64,000 nucleotides of DNA from the human T2T-CHM13v2.0 reference genome, Homo sapiens: the NCBI RefSeq assembly GCF_009914755.1, contig NC_060934.1, one strand, 5' to 3'. Shown here piece by piece: positions 12,719-29,529 of the stretch; the first letter of the stretch is position 1, and every line of letters begins with the position of its first letter. The position numbers were made by a program, and so were the translations under genes. The notes beneath the pieces are model-generated. The model searched no databases and was not told the DNA's origin. It worked only from the letters and a program-made list of their open reading frames with translations.

Positions 12719-13040
12719 GTTCACAGCAATGTGGATGGAATTGGAGATCATTATTCTAAGTGAAGTAACTCAGGAATGGAAAACCAAACATTGTATGTTC
12801 TCACTTATAAGTGGGAGCTAAGCTATGAGGATGCAAAGGCATAAGAATTATACAGTGAACTTTGGGGACTCAGGGGAAAGGGTGGAAGGGGGCGAGGGAT
12901 AAAAGACTACAAATTGGATACAGTGTATATTGCTTGGGTGATGAGTGCACCAACATCTCACAAAAACACCACAAAAGAACTTACTCATGTAACCAAACAC
13001 CATGTGTTCCCCCAAAACCTAAGGAAATTTAAAAAATTTT
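12719..13040 (+). mobile_element. L1PB-type (PB1-like) 3' UTR fragment nested in the L1PA
   Basis: 'gctatgaggatgcaaaggcataagaat...ggggactcaggggaaagggtgg...gataaaagactacaaattgg' is the L1PB 3' UTR; flanked by a duplicated aaatYattctattat. Confidence 0.85.
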
Positions 13041-13057
13041 AAAATCATTCTATTATA

Positions 13058-13391
<334 letters not shown>

Positions 13392-15636
13392 TCATTGCAG
13401 CATGAGTCACAATAACAAAGACATGGAATCAACCTAAATGCCTGTTAATGATAGACTGGATAAAGAAAATGTGATACACATACACCATGGAATACTATGC
13501 AGCCATAAAAAGGAATGAGATCATGTCATTTGCAGGGACATGGATGGAGTTGAAAGCCATTATGCTCAGCAAACTAACGAAGGAATAGAAAACTAAACAC
13601 TGCATGTTCTCACTTATAAGTGGGAGCTGAATGATGAGAACACATGGACACATTGTTGGAGGGAACAACACACACTGGAGCCTGTCGGCATGGGGTGGGG
13701 ACAGGGAGTGCATCAAGAAGAACAGTTAATGGATTCTGGGCTTACTACCTAGATGATGAGATGATCTGTGCAGCAAACTACCATGACACATGTTTATCTA
13801 TGTAACAAACCTATACATTTTGCACATGTACCCCTGAACTTAAAATTTAAAAAAAGACCAGTCCTGTCTTTTCACATTCCCCTGATCTCTTCCTATGAGC
13901 TGGAATAATAAAAACCAGAGTGATCTTTTATATCACATGGTGAATAAGGCAGAGGCACTACCAGAATAAGACCTTGAGTGACTATGTGGAAGGAAGGCAC
14001 TGCTAACCCAGAATACTCATTTGCAATTGTTATGTGAGAAAAATACACTTCTATCTTGTCTGAGCTATTGAATCTTACTTTATTTGTTTCAGTAGTTTAG
14101 CATTTGACCCTAAAAACTACTCTGACTAAAACTATGCAAAAATGCATGTTTATCTAATCATAGAGATAACAAGAAGCCCTAGGAAAGTACAAAGTGATTG
14201 TTTTAAGGTAATATTTTATAAAATTTAAGTATTTTCCAATTATGTGACAACATTTCTTTTGGATAATTATTGTGGATCAGTCAAGGGCCAAATACACAAT
14301 AAATTGTTCAATAGATTCAGTCTTCCTCTGAAATCCAAGGAAGGCCATATATAAAAACAGGAGCAAATTGCTAGGGGAATTCATATTTGATTCCTAATTG
14401 TACATTTACCAGAAGAAAATTTGGCATTTGAATTGAGCATTTAAATTCACTACTATTCAACAGCAATCTGAATCCCCAAGTTCAATTAAAAAGGTCATTA
14501 CCCTCTAGAACTGGAGGTGCTCTTTTAATTACAATATTGCTAATGAATTGGGAGACAAGACATTTTGGCTTAGTTCAATTAGCACATTTAAGTCAAAGCA
14601 AACTTCAGCCAATATGGGTGACTTTCCCAGTGGCATGCTTTTTCTTTATTCCCTCCTTCCCTCCCTCCCTTCCTTCTTTTTGTGTCTTCCCTACTTCCTT
14701 CTTTCCTCGGAAATTTAAGCATAACTCTGGCACGTAAGTCTCTCATTTCCATTTTATCTGTAAACTGCTGCAAAGCTGTTAATAGCTAAGGACCTACAAC
14801 CACATTTTTGTTTTGCAAAACTCTTCAAATTTATATGAATATTGAGAAAACATTTTGATGAGAAATTTTTAACATAGCTTTCTGAAGCAGAGTAAAACAT
14901 AAATTTCACTTTCCCTAGCTAAAACAATAATTATCCAATCACTTTATCATGGTGTATTGCACATGCTTTTGCTATGGGAAAGGGGGAAAAGTGAACATAT
15001 TTAACACTTTGCTACCAACAATGGTTTATTGAGGTTAATTTATATTAGGAAAGTGGAGTTTCCGGATGACATTCCAAACTAAAGAATACTAATGAATAGC
15101 TCCTGAGCTCTGAGCTTTCCTGCCTGGCTAGAATTCACAGGACATGACCTTAAATGTAACAGTTTTTGGTAAAAAAGAGAAAATCTTCCCTTCAAAGTGA
15201 TTTGAAAAGTTCAGAAAATTAGCTCTTATGCTCAAACTAATAGTAACAAAAACACTGCTACCAGATTAAATTTAAATAAAGTTCATAACAGCTGTTTGTA
15301 ACATCTAGATTTAACTTTAGGGGAAATAATTGACTCAATTTGCCCAGGTTATTCTCTTCCTTTGCTATGCCAGTAAAGGGCTTGGAGAGGTTGCCCATGC
15401 AACATATCCTACAGATTTGAGTCAGCTAGACTAGGTGTTTATTCATTTATTCAGGAAATACACTGAGCAGCCTACTGTGAGCTTGGAGGTGGGCAAACAA
15501 AACAGAGAAAAATCTAGACCTCTCTCTCTCTGTAAATTGACATAAAGATAGTTTTAGCAAAGGAGGAACAATTTCCTTCTAATTTAGCACTACAGAGTGT
15601 TCTCCTTGGAAAAGCCATCCACTTGGCTTTGTACCC

Positions 15637-16012
15637 TGATTAGTCTGTTCTCACACTGGTAATAACGACATTCTCGAGACTGGTTCATTTATAAAGAAAA
15701 GAGGTTTAATCGACTCACAGTTCAGCATGGCTGAGGAGGCCTAGAAAACTTACAATGATGGTGGAAGGAGAAGCAAACAGGTCCTTCTTCACGTGGTGGC
15801 AGGAAGGAGAAGTACCAAGCAAAGAGGGAAAAGCTCTTTATAAAACCATCAGATCTCGTGAGAATTCAGTCACTATTACGAGAACAGGAGCATGGGGGTA
15901 ACTGCCCCCAAGATTCAATTAACTCCCACTGGGTCCCTCCCATGACCCATGGGGATTATGGAAAATACAATTCAAGATGGGATTTGGGTGGGGACACAGC
16001 CAAACATTATCC
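15637..16012 (-). mobile_element. THE1 (THE1C-like) MaLR solo LTR
   Basis: 'ttagtctgttctcacactg...gaggtttaatcgactcacagttcagcatggctg...gatttgggtggggacacagccaaac'. Confidence 0.92.
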
Positions 16013-16030
16013 CCTAAACAAAGTCATACC

Positions 16031-16388
<358 letters not shown>

Positions 16389-17815
16389 TAAAGAAAATTT
16401 AGAAAAAAAAGAAGAAAAAACAAATATCTTCTTTCTTTGCCAAAGCAAAAACTGCTAACATTTTTAAAATTTTCTTTCGAATTTCATCTCTTTATCTCTC
16501 TTGTGTGTAGTAGAAAAAAAAGTTGTAATTATATTGTTTTTTAAATTTGTGCTAAGTGTTAATGCAAACTTTTCATAAAACATTTAGTGGAAGCATATTC
16601 CTTAATTTATAACATATTATGATTTTTCTTATTGTTTTCTTCATTGCAGATTATAATTAAGATGATCAACTTTTCAGATAACACTTTCCTAGGAGAAGTG
16701 TTGAGTCAAAGAATAAATATGTATGTTTTTATTTTAAAGTATATATGTATACATGAACACACACAAATATATATGTATATATTTTTTATTTGTTTAATTT
16801 GTATTGTTAAAGGGCTTTTCCAAAAGATTGAAACAAATTATACTCCATCTAAAAAAAATGCTTACTTAACCTCACTCAGGTATATACATAATCCACAGCT
16901 TACTCAGATGTATATATAATTTTCTAATGAGTTAGGAAAATGATTACATGCCTAAGATTTTCTCTGTATTTGTAACTAAAGTATGGTGATTTGTGAAAAG
17001 CTTCTTTACATCTATTTTCTATTAAGATGTTGTTAAATTTTTTTGCCTATCTTTGAGGTTTCTTTTCAATGGCTTATTGTGTGTAAAATAAACCATGATA
17101 AAACTATTAGGTAATCTTTAAAAAACAATTTCTAAGAGTGCTGTACATATTAAAAATATAAACTTTATATTGGCCACATTTATTGCAAATATTTTCCCAG
17201 ATATAATTAGTTTTAATTTTATTTATGACATGTTTTACCAAAAAGTACAAGTTTTATATAACTAATTGTGATGTATTTCTTATATCAAGATGTTAACCAA
17301 TATTTTTTATTCAATTCTTATTTTTCACTTCTGATAAATTTCCATGGTATTTGTCTCAAAGCTCCACATAATTCTCATCATTCCTTAAAAAAAATATTGA
17401 CTTTTTAAAGAAACTTCTTTTACTTATTGAATTTTATTACTCATTCCAAAAATGGTTAATTTTCTTCTCTCTCTTTTCTTCTCTCTCTCTAAACATATAA
17501 TCTAAACAACACCTTTTAAGTTGTTTTTCTTCTCCAGTAATTATCTTCCTTATTTCCACTCTTATCACAGAAGCCAAACTTCCAGAACTATATAAAATAA
17601 TAATAATAATGGGAATCTGAACTATTAGTTGTTAATATAATATTGATATTTTTCAGCATGTTAAGAAAATACCTTTTTATTTCTAAATTTCTCAAAAGTA
17701 TTTTGTTGGTGGTGCTGGTGGAGAACTATTTTTACATTTAAAGCCAGAAATGATTAGTTATATAAAACTCTGACTTTAAATGTAAAAAAGTGCATTACAT
17801 TATGAATTTTATTAC

Positions 17816-18127
<312 letters not shown>

Positions 18128-18994
18128 TTATTACATTACGGAATCTTTTTTAAGGCATTTGCAATATATTCAGTGGCTAGCTTTGCAAAAAGTTCTTATG
18201 AATTTGTTTTATAGATAAGATGTTCAATATTGTCAGCATTTTTTGATTAAATATCTTTTTTATCTTTTATTGATAAAACAATATTTTTTATTATATATTA
18301 TTAAAGTAAGTTATTCTGTATAACAGACTAGGCAACAGTGAAAGTTTTCTAAATGCTTTCTTGATTCACCTTAATATTGAATTTTGCTATCTATAATAAA
18401 AAATTCTATAATTATTACCTTTTTGTTATCTTTGTCAGGCTTTTTATAAGGTAATAATTATAGAATTTTTGGGGAAAATAAATCAATTGGTAGCTTTCCA
18501 TACTTTTGCATGTCTTACAACAAATTCTATAGCATAGGAATAATTCTTTTAAAAACCCTAAATACTTTGGGACCAAATTCTTATTTAGAGGTAACTAACA
18601 TTTTGATACTACTCACGACTAATGGTACATTAAGAATGTTTTTATTTTCTGGCTCAATTTAGGTAGTGTATATTTTCTCAGAAAAATGGCTTCTGAGACC
18701 TTCAAACATACTAAGATTTAATTTTACATAATATTTCCTTATTTTAAAAAGTTATTCTTAATATATTTCCATTTTAATTTATAACATTTATAACTTTATA
18801 TATATTTACTCTTACTATTTGATTCACTATGGGTCAGTCTTGTTTTGTTTGAAATAACCAGAGTTGATTAACTTATCAACTCTTCTGATACCTTTCTTCT
18901 AATAAATAAATTCTTGCTTTTATCTCCATCATTGTCTTTCCTCCATTTTCTTCTACTTTTTTAATTGAAGAGGATATTATAGAAGAAATTGTTA

Positions 18995-19726
<732 letters not shown>

Positions 19727-20897
19727 ACTAATACAATTTTACATTATTCTTTCTATCATAATAAATTGAACCCCTTCTTTATGCTCCATCTTACCTGTTT
19801 ATTAATAATAAGGCTAAAATTATGCCACTGTGTACAGCTTTGTAAATGGGCCAAAAATTTAATAATTTTATGTTAAAACATTCTAAAAGTATGAAATTAT
19901 AGTTATTATTTCCTATTTGACCTAATATATATTTACAATATATATTTTAAAATTTCTATCTGTGTGCTTTTATCATTTAATCCGTATTATTCGTTTACAG
20001 CATTCTTGCAGTGTTTTCAGAGAGATGTGGTCTTACAATTTTTGAGTTTTCAAATAGATTTAGGTTGCTTATATGGCTTACAATGTGATATTTTAAAATC
20101 ACATTACTGTTTTGGTAAATAGTTGAAAAACATTTGATTTTTAATAACACTTTAAATGTTTTAAACTTAATCTGAATATTTGAATTTAATTTGGGATATA
20201 AATCTATGTGCCTTGATTATGATGACTGGTAAGATTCACTTTATCTCTGCACTGTGTGCTTTAATTTTCTTCAGTGATACAAAACCAAAACATTCATATC
20301 CTCCTAAATTTTTAAGCGCATTCTTAAACCATTTCCTCTGATTAACAAATTTATGAAAAATACAAAAACATTGGCCTGTGCATGTTTCATCCCCCAACAC
20401 ACACTAGTGTAAAATAATTTTTTATTTCTAGTTCACTTAAATTTTCAGTATTTGACAAGATATTTTGAGGATACAGTTGTTGATTATGACTGTTTAATGG
20501 CCAAACTTTTCATATATTTATTCTCTGGGAATTTTTTTAACATTTGCAAAATATTCCGTGGCTAGTGTTGCAAAAGTTTTTAAAAATCTTTATGTTGAAC
20601 TGGAATCATGCCCACACCACTGTATATATGTTATTTAATTCTCTAGTTCTTAGTTGCCGCATTCTCATTTTTCATTTTATTGGAGCATATTTTCAAGTAG
20701 GATTATTCAAAAATGATTCATCAATGATATATGTTTTGAATCCTTTACAATTTCAAGAATGTCTTCACATAGAAATGACAACATGGCTACATTTATAAAT
20801 ATTGAAATGCAATTTTTTTCCCTGTGAGACTCCATATAAGTGACTTCTTCTAGCATTTATTATGGTGCAAACTTTGAATCTAACTTAAAAGTTGTAC

Positions 20898-21189
20898 TTT
20901 TTTTTTTTTTTGAGATGGAGTCTCGCTCTGTCGCCAGGCTCGAGTGCACTGGTGTGATCATGGCTCACCGCAACCTCTGACTGCCTGGTTCAAGTGATTC
21001 TCCTGCCTCAACTCCTGAGTAGCTGGGATTACAGGCATGTGCCACCACACCTAGCTAATTTTTGTATTTTTAGTAGACATGGGGTTTCACCATGTTGGCC
21101 AGGATAGTCTCGATCTCGTGACCTTGTGATCTGCCCGCCTTGGCCTCCCAAAGTGCTGGGATTACAGGCATGAGCCATCGCGCCCGGCC
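20898..21189 (-). mobile_element. AluSc-like
   Basis: 'ctgtcgccaggct' and 'ggatagtctcgatctc'; TSD aaaagttgtactttt / aaaatttgtgctttt. Confidence 0.95.
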
Positions 21190-22430
21190 AAAATTTGTGC
21201 TTTTAAGTAACATCCTTCTCTTCCCTGCACTGAAGGATATGACTTTGTTATTGACATTTTAAAAATCTAACAGTATATTCTAGGCATAGGTCTTTTTCAC
21301 CAGCTTTCCATGAAACATAGTGATCCTTTTAAACTTACAAAGCCAAAATCTTATTAGTTCTATAATAGCTGTTTTATTATGACTTTGATTATTCTTTTTG
21401 GTCAGTTTGTTTTGGCTTAATTCCCAAGGATTGTCAGCTATCTACAAATTGCATCTTTGTTTTCTTTCCTTGATATCTATTATGTTTTTGATTGATCTGC
21501 ATTCTTAATGTACTTTTCAAAGTTGTTCTTTAAGTCACTGACTGCATTTCATAGTTAGCTGATTCTGTTTTTACCACCTCCAATGAATACTTTTATCAGT
21601 TTGATGTATTCTTTCTAATTTTCCTTCTCATCCCATATTTTTTATGCTCACAAGCTGCATCTCTGCAAATGACAACTTTGTATCATCTTTAATCTCTTCT
21701 GTAGTGAATTTGTCTTTTCTGGTTCTTTATTGAAAAAGCAAATATACATTCTAGAAAAAATATGTTTCTAAAATAATTACTTCTGTTTGCAATGTTAGGA
21801 CATCAAATTTTTCTTATGTTAGCTCTTTCTGTAGAAAGAGTTTGGTCTTCATCGATTTGAACAAGGGGATCTTTACCCATATACACGTTTCATGTAAATA
21901 AGTGTATGTATTCATTTTAATCTCCATCACTATTTCCCTGTGTACATCCAGATATTCCTTTTCTGATCTTGTCAATGAAACCCAGATTAAGTGAGATTGT
22001 ATCATCTCCTGTTTCCCTAATCCTTGCAGTAAAGTAGGTGTATTTATTTCTGGATAATTTTAAGCAGCCTGAAATTATTTTCTTCTATTTCCCGCACTAC
22101 TGGTATTTTACAGTTCTACTTATAATTTGCTTTATAAATGTGTTGTGTGGTTTTCCCAACCCTTTTCACCTCTAAACATGCTGTATGGAAGTTGCAATCT
22201 CCAGAAAAGAGGAAGAAAGATAGTGATGTGTGAGGGGGATGTGGAGGAGGATACAAAATAAATTTCAGTCATCTCAGTCACCCATAGACCTGGGATTATC
22301 ACTAAATTCTCTAGATATATACAGAGATTATAAATCTCTGAACAAAAGATCCAGAGTGGGGATGAATGAAAGACATCTCCCACCCATTCTAATCACTTCT
22401 GGATCCATTCCATCTCTACTGTATTTAGAG

Positions 22431-22623
22431 CAATGGTTCTCAAACTTTAGTGTCCATCAGAATCACCTGGAGGACTTGTAAAAACAAAACAAAACAGATT
22501 GCTGTCACACTCCCAGACCGTCTAATTTAATAGGACTGTGGTGGATCCTGATAATTTGCATTTCCAACAAGTCCCAGGTGATGCTGATGCTGCTGCTCTG
22601 GGCACCAAATTTCAGAATCCCTA
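22431..22623. mobile_element. MER5A (hAT-Charlie MITE)
   Basis: 'caatggttctcaaactttagtgtccatcagaatcacctggagg...aatttgcatttccaacaagtcccaggtgatgctgatgctgct'. Confidence 0.85.
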
Positions 22624-23035
22624 ACTTACAGCAATTCTTCCAAGGGAGCTCAATCACAGATTGAAATATTTTTTAACTTTATATCAGTGTGTATTTTCAC
22701 AGCTATCCCACGAGCATGTAAGGAAAGGTGAATTAAGCATCCACAGCTAGTGATTTAGTTAAAATATGTTATGTTTATATATATTTATTTACATTATTTA
22801 TGCATTTTACTATTAGATTTCTTTTTAAGATTATCTTATATATAGATAGCTATTTAAAAGCTAGTTGGAAATGAAATGTGTTTCATTGTCTAATAGAACC
22901 ATTAAAAGTACATTGTTAAGACTAATTTGTAACGTACTGGCCATTATATCTGGAATAAACTTGTTTTTAGTGGGGGATTAAATAAAAATTTCCTAATACA
23001 AAAATTGAGCTAAGTCTGATTGGGGAAAGTACATT

Positions 23036-23058
23036 TGTGTGTTTGTGTGTGTGTGTGT
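23036..23058. repeat. (TG)n microsatellite, imperfect
   Basis: Direct read. Confidence 0.85.
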
Positions 23059-24151
23059 AGACACAAACATATACATAAAATATATACATATGTGTATACA
23101 TATATATCTGAGAGACTTGCTAAAGTTTATACAAAGAAAAATTCTAATTTCTGGCTGTGTGTATTAAAACATGAAGAACAAAGCCCTCCTGAGACAACAT
23201 TAAGCACGTGCAAGATAACGTGGGAATGGAGTAGGAAAGGTGTTTGTTCCTGGCTGGCCAGATTCAGATCATTTGGGGAATCATGTCTTGAGTGCAGAAT
23301 TGTGGGTCACTGTGTTTCTCTTTCTCTTTGTTGCTTTGAGTTATTAAACAAGAGCGGGGGACTTTATTAAAAAGAAAATGGTATTAATGTTTTAGTCCTG
23401 TTAATATCTTGAAAGTTGTTTCCCTAAGAGTGACCAGACATGGTGAGACTTTACTCAATCAGCAAGAATACCACCATGTACTTTAATAATGAAAGAAATT
23501 AGGCTGGGGCTATTGTAAGAACAGTTTCTGAATGACGATGCAAAATATAATAAACACAGAAGTCCCACACTGGCACAGCATCTGTGAGGCTCTGGGGTTT
23601 ATGCTCCCTAGGTTTAGAAGATTTTATGTTTCAACTCCACAGACAGACATTTTCAGACTACCTTTATGTGATTACACTGTAATATTCAATTTTGTCAAAT
23701 TATTTTTCTTTCATGCATTGAATTAGTCCCTTTTTCCTAATTCTCTTTGGAATTAACAAATTTAGATTTTCCAGCACATGGCAGTTCCATTTAAGTGGAA
23801 TAAAATAAGCTCTGTTCATTTCTCTTTTGCTTTCTACAGTTTGCTTTTCTCTGTGTGAAAATGCTGTTTCTTTTTCAAATGTATTATTATTCTCACAGAC
23901 ACAAACAGAAGCTCCTTTTGCAATTGACTTGCCTCTCTTTCTGCCATTACAAAATTATCACTATGGTAGTTTCATGAGTTAGAAGATAAGTATGATTAAA
24001 TTCCACTTGACCTTGTTTAACCCTTCATTCATAGAACACTTCCTAGAGCAAGGGATTTTGAAGCTGAAATATCTCTTTGAAGCTGATACATAATATGGAG
24101 AGGAAAAGCAATCTTGCCTTGAACTTTGAAAAGCTTACAATCTAGACTGTG

Positions 24152-24330
24152 CCACTGTTCTAAAAGCGTGGTCCATGAACATCATAGGTATCACTTGTGG
24201 ATTTGTTGGAAATGCAGATTCATGGAATCACCTAGTGAAACAGAATTTTTGTTTAAACAACCATTCCAAATACACTATTTTATAAAATCCTTTAGGTGAT
24301 TCTTATGCATATTAGGTTTGGAGGCTACTG
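24152..24330. mobile_element. MER5-family MITE, opposite orientation to the copy at 22431
   Basis: 'gttctaaaagcgtggtcc...ttgttggaaatgcagatt...aggtgattcttatgcatattaggtttggaggctactg'. Confidence 0.7.
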
Positions 24331-24876
24331 CTATAATCAAAGATAAATTATGATTAGATTTTTTAAATGATATCTTAGTAGATTTCAGAAGTGAAAGCAA
24401 TGCCTTCTGGTGCAGATAAAGGAAGTCTTCTGGCACTTGAACTGAAAGTAAAGAAGGCTTTTTCTGGGTTATGATAGTGGATCAATGGCTAGGTGGAAGG
24501 GAAGAGATGATACAAGCAAATTCCCAAGGCCAGGAAAACACAGATGTATCATTGCATAGGGGGCAGGTAAGTCAAAATACAAAGTCTAAAGACATTACCA
24601 AAGTACTTTGTGAGTACCATGGAAGAAAACGTCTGATACCAGCAAGAGTGAGGGGAGGCCTCACAGAGCAATTTATATAAGGCTGGGCCGAGATGGGTAA
24701 TTTCAATTTACAAGTCATCTAAACTGACGGCTGGGAAAACACAAATTCAGATTTTCAGAGCTGAAGAGACCTTCAGGATAAACTAATACAATTCACTACA
24801 CAATGCATGGATTCCTCCTCTACAACAGGTTGGATGAGTGTTTGGCCTTTGCTGGGTTCTACTGCACATTCACTAG

Positions 24877-25963
24877 CATTGCGGGAAGTCAGGGACCCCG
24901 AATGGAGGGACTGGCTGAAGCCATGGCAGAAGAACATAAATTGTGAAGATTTCATGGACATTTATTAGTTCCCCAAATTAATACTTTTATAATTTCTTAC
25001 ACCTGTCCTTACTGCAATCTCTGAACATAAATTGTGAAGATTTCATGGGCACTTATCACTTCCCCAATCAATACCCTTGTGATTTCCTATGCCTGTCTTT
25101 ACTTTAGTCTCTTAATCCCGTCATCTTCGTAAGCTGAGGAGGATGTATGTCGCCTCAGGACCCTGTGATGATTGTGTTAACTGCACAAATTGTTTGTAGA
25201 GCATGTGTGTTTGAACAATATGAAATCTGGGCACCTTGAAAAAAGAACAGGATAACAGCAATGTTCAGGGAACAAGAGAGAGAACCTCAAACTCTGACTG
25301 CCGGTGAGCCAGGCGGAACAGAGGCATATTTCTCCTCTTTCAAAAGCAAATGGGAGAAATATCACTGAATTCTTTTTCTCAGCAAGGAACGTCCCTGAGA
25401 AAGACAATGTGTCCCTGAGGGGAAGCCTCTGAAATGGCCGCTTTGGGGATGGCTGTCTTTTATGGTCGTAGCTGTGGGATGAAATAAGCCCTGGTCTCCC
25501 ATAGCGCTCCCAGGCTTATTAGGATCAGGAAATTCCCGCCTAATAAATTTTGGTCAGACCAGTTGTCTGCTCTCAAACCCTGTCTCCTGATAAGATGTTA
25601 TCAATGACAATGCATGCCCGAAACTTCATTATCAATTTTAATTTCGCCCAGGTCCTGTGGTCCTGTGATCTTGCCCTGCCTCCATTTGCCTTGTGATATC
25701 TTATTACCTTGTGAAGCATGTGATCTCTGTGACCCATACCCTATTCATACACTCCCTCCCCTTTTGAAAATCACTAATAAAAACTTGCTGGTTTTACGGC
25801 TCAGGGGGCATCACAGAACCTGCCGACATGATGTCTCCCCCGGACACCCAGCTTTAAAATTTATCTCTTTTGTACTCTGTCCCTTTATTTCTCAGACTGG
25901 CTGACACTTAGGGAATACAGAAAAGAACTTATGTGAAATATCGGGGGTGAATTTCACCCAATA
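24877..25963 (+). mobile_element. MER11 (MER11C-like; HERV-K11/HML-8) solo LTR, full length
   Basis: Starts 'ttgcgggaagtcagggaccccg'; internal repeat 'gaacataaattgtgaagatttcatgg' twice; polyA signal aataaa near 25776; 6-bp TSD cactag / caccag. Confidence 0.93.
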
Positions 25964-26928
25964 CACCAGGATTCTCTCATACATTAGGAAGATATCTAAT
26001 TATCAAGACAAAGCGTCCTCTTCTGGTGTTCTCAATTTCTGTTTATTTGTTTGACATTTTTACCTGCTCATGAGTCAGTATCTCTGGTGATGGAATATTT
26101 TAATATGTAAACATCTTACCTTTTAACTATACTGCTCAGATAGTAGGTTTATATTTTACATCATTTCCTCTGCCCCTGGTTTTCTACCGTTTATACATGA
26201 TTTTTTTTGAATAACAACCTGAAAGACCAAAGCTCTAACTTATTTTCATTGATATGGAGTAAAGTGGTATACATTTAAATTATGTATTGGACATAAGATC
26301 CAAGATTTTCCAACACACAAACCGAGAACGCATTTACCTTCTTGGTATGATCACAGGAGCACCAACATGACTGGCTGACCCCAAACACCTCCCCACTGGC
26401 TGATTATAATAGACATGTAAGATACATGTATTTTACAGGGATAAACTTGTAATATTCTTTCAGACATCTAAAAGGTGAACAGGCATCATTGTATCCATGT
26501 AGATACAGAATAGTACCTAATCTCTAAAGAGGAAAAACCCTTAGAATTAGAGGAAAAGATCGTACAAATTTACCCTCTGCAAATAAAATTAATAAAGTCA
26601 TCAGCATATGACTTTTTACCTAGATATAGACATTTACTTATATGTAAATTAACCCTTAATATGAGATATTGCAAATATTTTCTGAAAATATGAGACTTTA
26701 TCTGGGTTTATCTGAGATACTCTAAAGCCATTTTGGGGAGATACTAGAGTATATTCTTGAACAGACCTGACTTGCCTATTTCTGCTTTAAGGAAAACTAT
26801 AATCCACCTAATTGGATTGTAACATGTCTGGTGTGAGGTACTTCTAGTTATTCATAAAGGGGAAAACTGTATAGGAAGAATGCATTCAGAAAGAGTAGAA
26901 ATGAGATCCATAGAAAGAAGGAGGAGGA

Positions 26929-27232
26929 GGTCGGGTGTGGTGGCTCATGACTGTAATCCCAGCACTTTGGAAGGCCAAGGCGGGTGGATCACTAGGTCAA
27001 GAGATGGAGACCATCCTGGTCAACATGGTGAAATCCCATCTCTGCCAAAAATACAAAAATTAGCTGGGCACAGTGGCGTGTGCCTGTGGTCCCAGCTACT
27101 TGGGAGGCTGAGGCAGGAGAATCACTTGAACCAGGGATTCAGAGGTTGCAGTGAGCTGAGATAGTGCCACTGCACTCCAGCCTGGTGACACAGTGAGATT
27201 CCATCTCAAAAAAAAAAAAAAAAAAAAAAAAA
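26929..27232 (+). mobile_element. AluSc-like
   Basis: 'ggtcaagagatggagaccatcctgg', 'cagcctggtgac'; TSD gaaagaaggagga. Confidence 0.95.
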
Positions 27233-28799
27233 GGAAAGAAGGAGGAAGAGGAGGAAAAGCAGAAAGAGGGAAGAATGAATGTAAACTGCAGGTGGCAGGG
27301 CTTTAGTCTGCAAGAAACTGACTACTATGACAGAGCAAATGCACGCTCTCAGACCTATGAGCTTCTAAAATGATCCGAATCCATGCTGAAAAAGGAAACT
27401 TTGGATCACTTTTTAGGTTTTACAAATAATCTTCATGCACCAAGAACTGATATGATCAATTTGTTAAGGTTTGCTTGTCTATTTAGCTCTTCTTAGTATA
27501 GTTTTTATTCCTTTGAATTGGCCAAAAATACTGTTTCTTCAAATAATTAAGGACTCTATGTCTTTTGCACATGACATTCTAATTTGGATCAAAGAATTAA
27601 GTTTTGTTTTTGTTTTAGTGTTAGAAGCACCTTATAGATCATCAACTTCCATATTTTTAATGAAAAGGTTAACATTTTGTCAAGATCACTCAACTAGTTA
27701 ATGAGAGCATTGGGGTTAGGACATTGGGGTTGTCCTGTCTTGTGATTCAGGACAACTCTATTTCCAGTGCTCCATATCACCTATTTCTAGATAGTATCTA
27801 ATGATCACTGGCTTCTTAGAGGTTAGTAGAGAAAAGTTGTTTGCCTTGCATTTATATTTTAAATATTTGACTTTATTTCAGGATAATGTTATTATATAAT
27901 TGGCTAATTTGCTTAGTTTAAAATCTCAAATACTGTTTTATAAGGATTATTGTCTAATCCATACCCCTAAAATAAAATGCTTACCAAATGGCATAGAGAA
28001 AAATAATCAGTGTAATTAAGCCTCTTTTGTGTATGAATAAATGAAACTCCTGAATCTGAGGTATAATCACTATATCTTTAGGAGTTCTAGGGTTTTTATG
28101 TTGAGGAATAAATTGTAATAAAATATTTCAGAAGTCAGCACCCAAAAATGATTGTTTAATGACCTTTGAAATATCTTACTTGATTTCAAGGTGCTAAATT
28201 GTTTTAACTCCACTAACACAAAAGCTCTTTAAAAGCTAAGAGTCACAATTCAAGACCGTGGGTTCATTATTTTATATGGATTGGCACAAACTCAGTCACC
28301 TGTTCACAGCCAGCTCCACCCCCAGCGCTTCTCAGCTCTCATCCACCATGCTGTCATCACATTCTTAGTTTTCAGTCAAACAAGGTCTGGAGCTCTCTTT
28401 ACACTGCATCATGTTAACATCTTATTTGTTAGCTTCAAGTGTAATGCCTGTTCAAGTTTGGCATATGCAGAAGTAACCACATAGGTTCTAAATATTTTAA
28501 AACTTGATGTAAAAAGTCCAGATTACCTCATATTTAGTTATTCTGTGATTGGCCAAGGTCAAACAGTAAACTTGGTAAAAATCACACCAAAGAACAAGCT
28601 TATCTGCTGGTATTAACTCTACCATTTAAAAATACATTGTCAAGGTGTGCAGAATATCTAAAGGACTAAAGTTTCTGCTCACCATCCCTTAAAAGCCAGG
28701 CCTGCTGACAAAGGATGTGCTCCATAAGTGTCTGCATTTATTAAATCATTTAATTAATTGTAGAATGGCTACTATATGTCCCATACATGGAGGATCTAA

Positions 28800-29132
<333 letters not shown>

Positions 29133-29529
29133 ACAGACAGCCATTATTTTAAGTGCTGATAACATAGCTGGGAAGAAAAGACACACAATATTATCCATGA
29201 TAAGGCATTAGATAATAAGTCATATTAATGGTATTTACAATTGAGATATCTGGTAGTCAGTTAACCTTCCACCAACTAACTATATGCCATCGGCATGTTC
29301 CTTAATTTTCTTGTTTGCCAAATGAAAAAGAAATGCAAACTAGAAGGTCTGTTAAGCTTTTCCATCTCTCTGGCTGTCTTCGGTCCAATCAGACGTAACA
29401 AAGTTGGTTTTGCCATTGGGAGCAAATGCTAACAAATAATACTAGATAATATTAGGAAAACAAATTTCAAGGTAAAAATTATTAGTGAAGACAAAGACAA
29501 ATATTTTATGAAAGGTATAATAGAAAACA

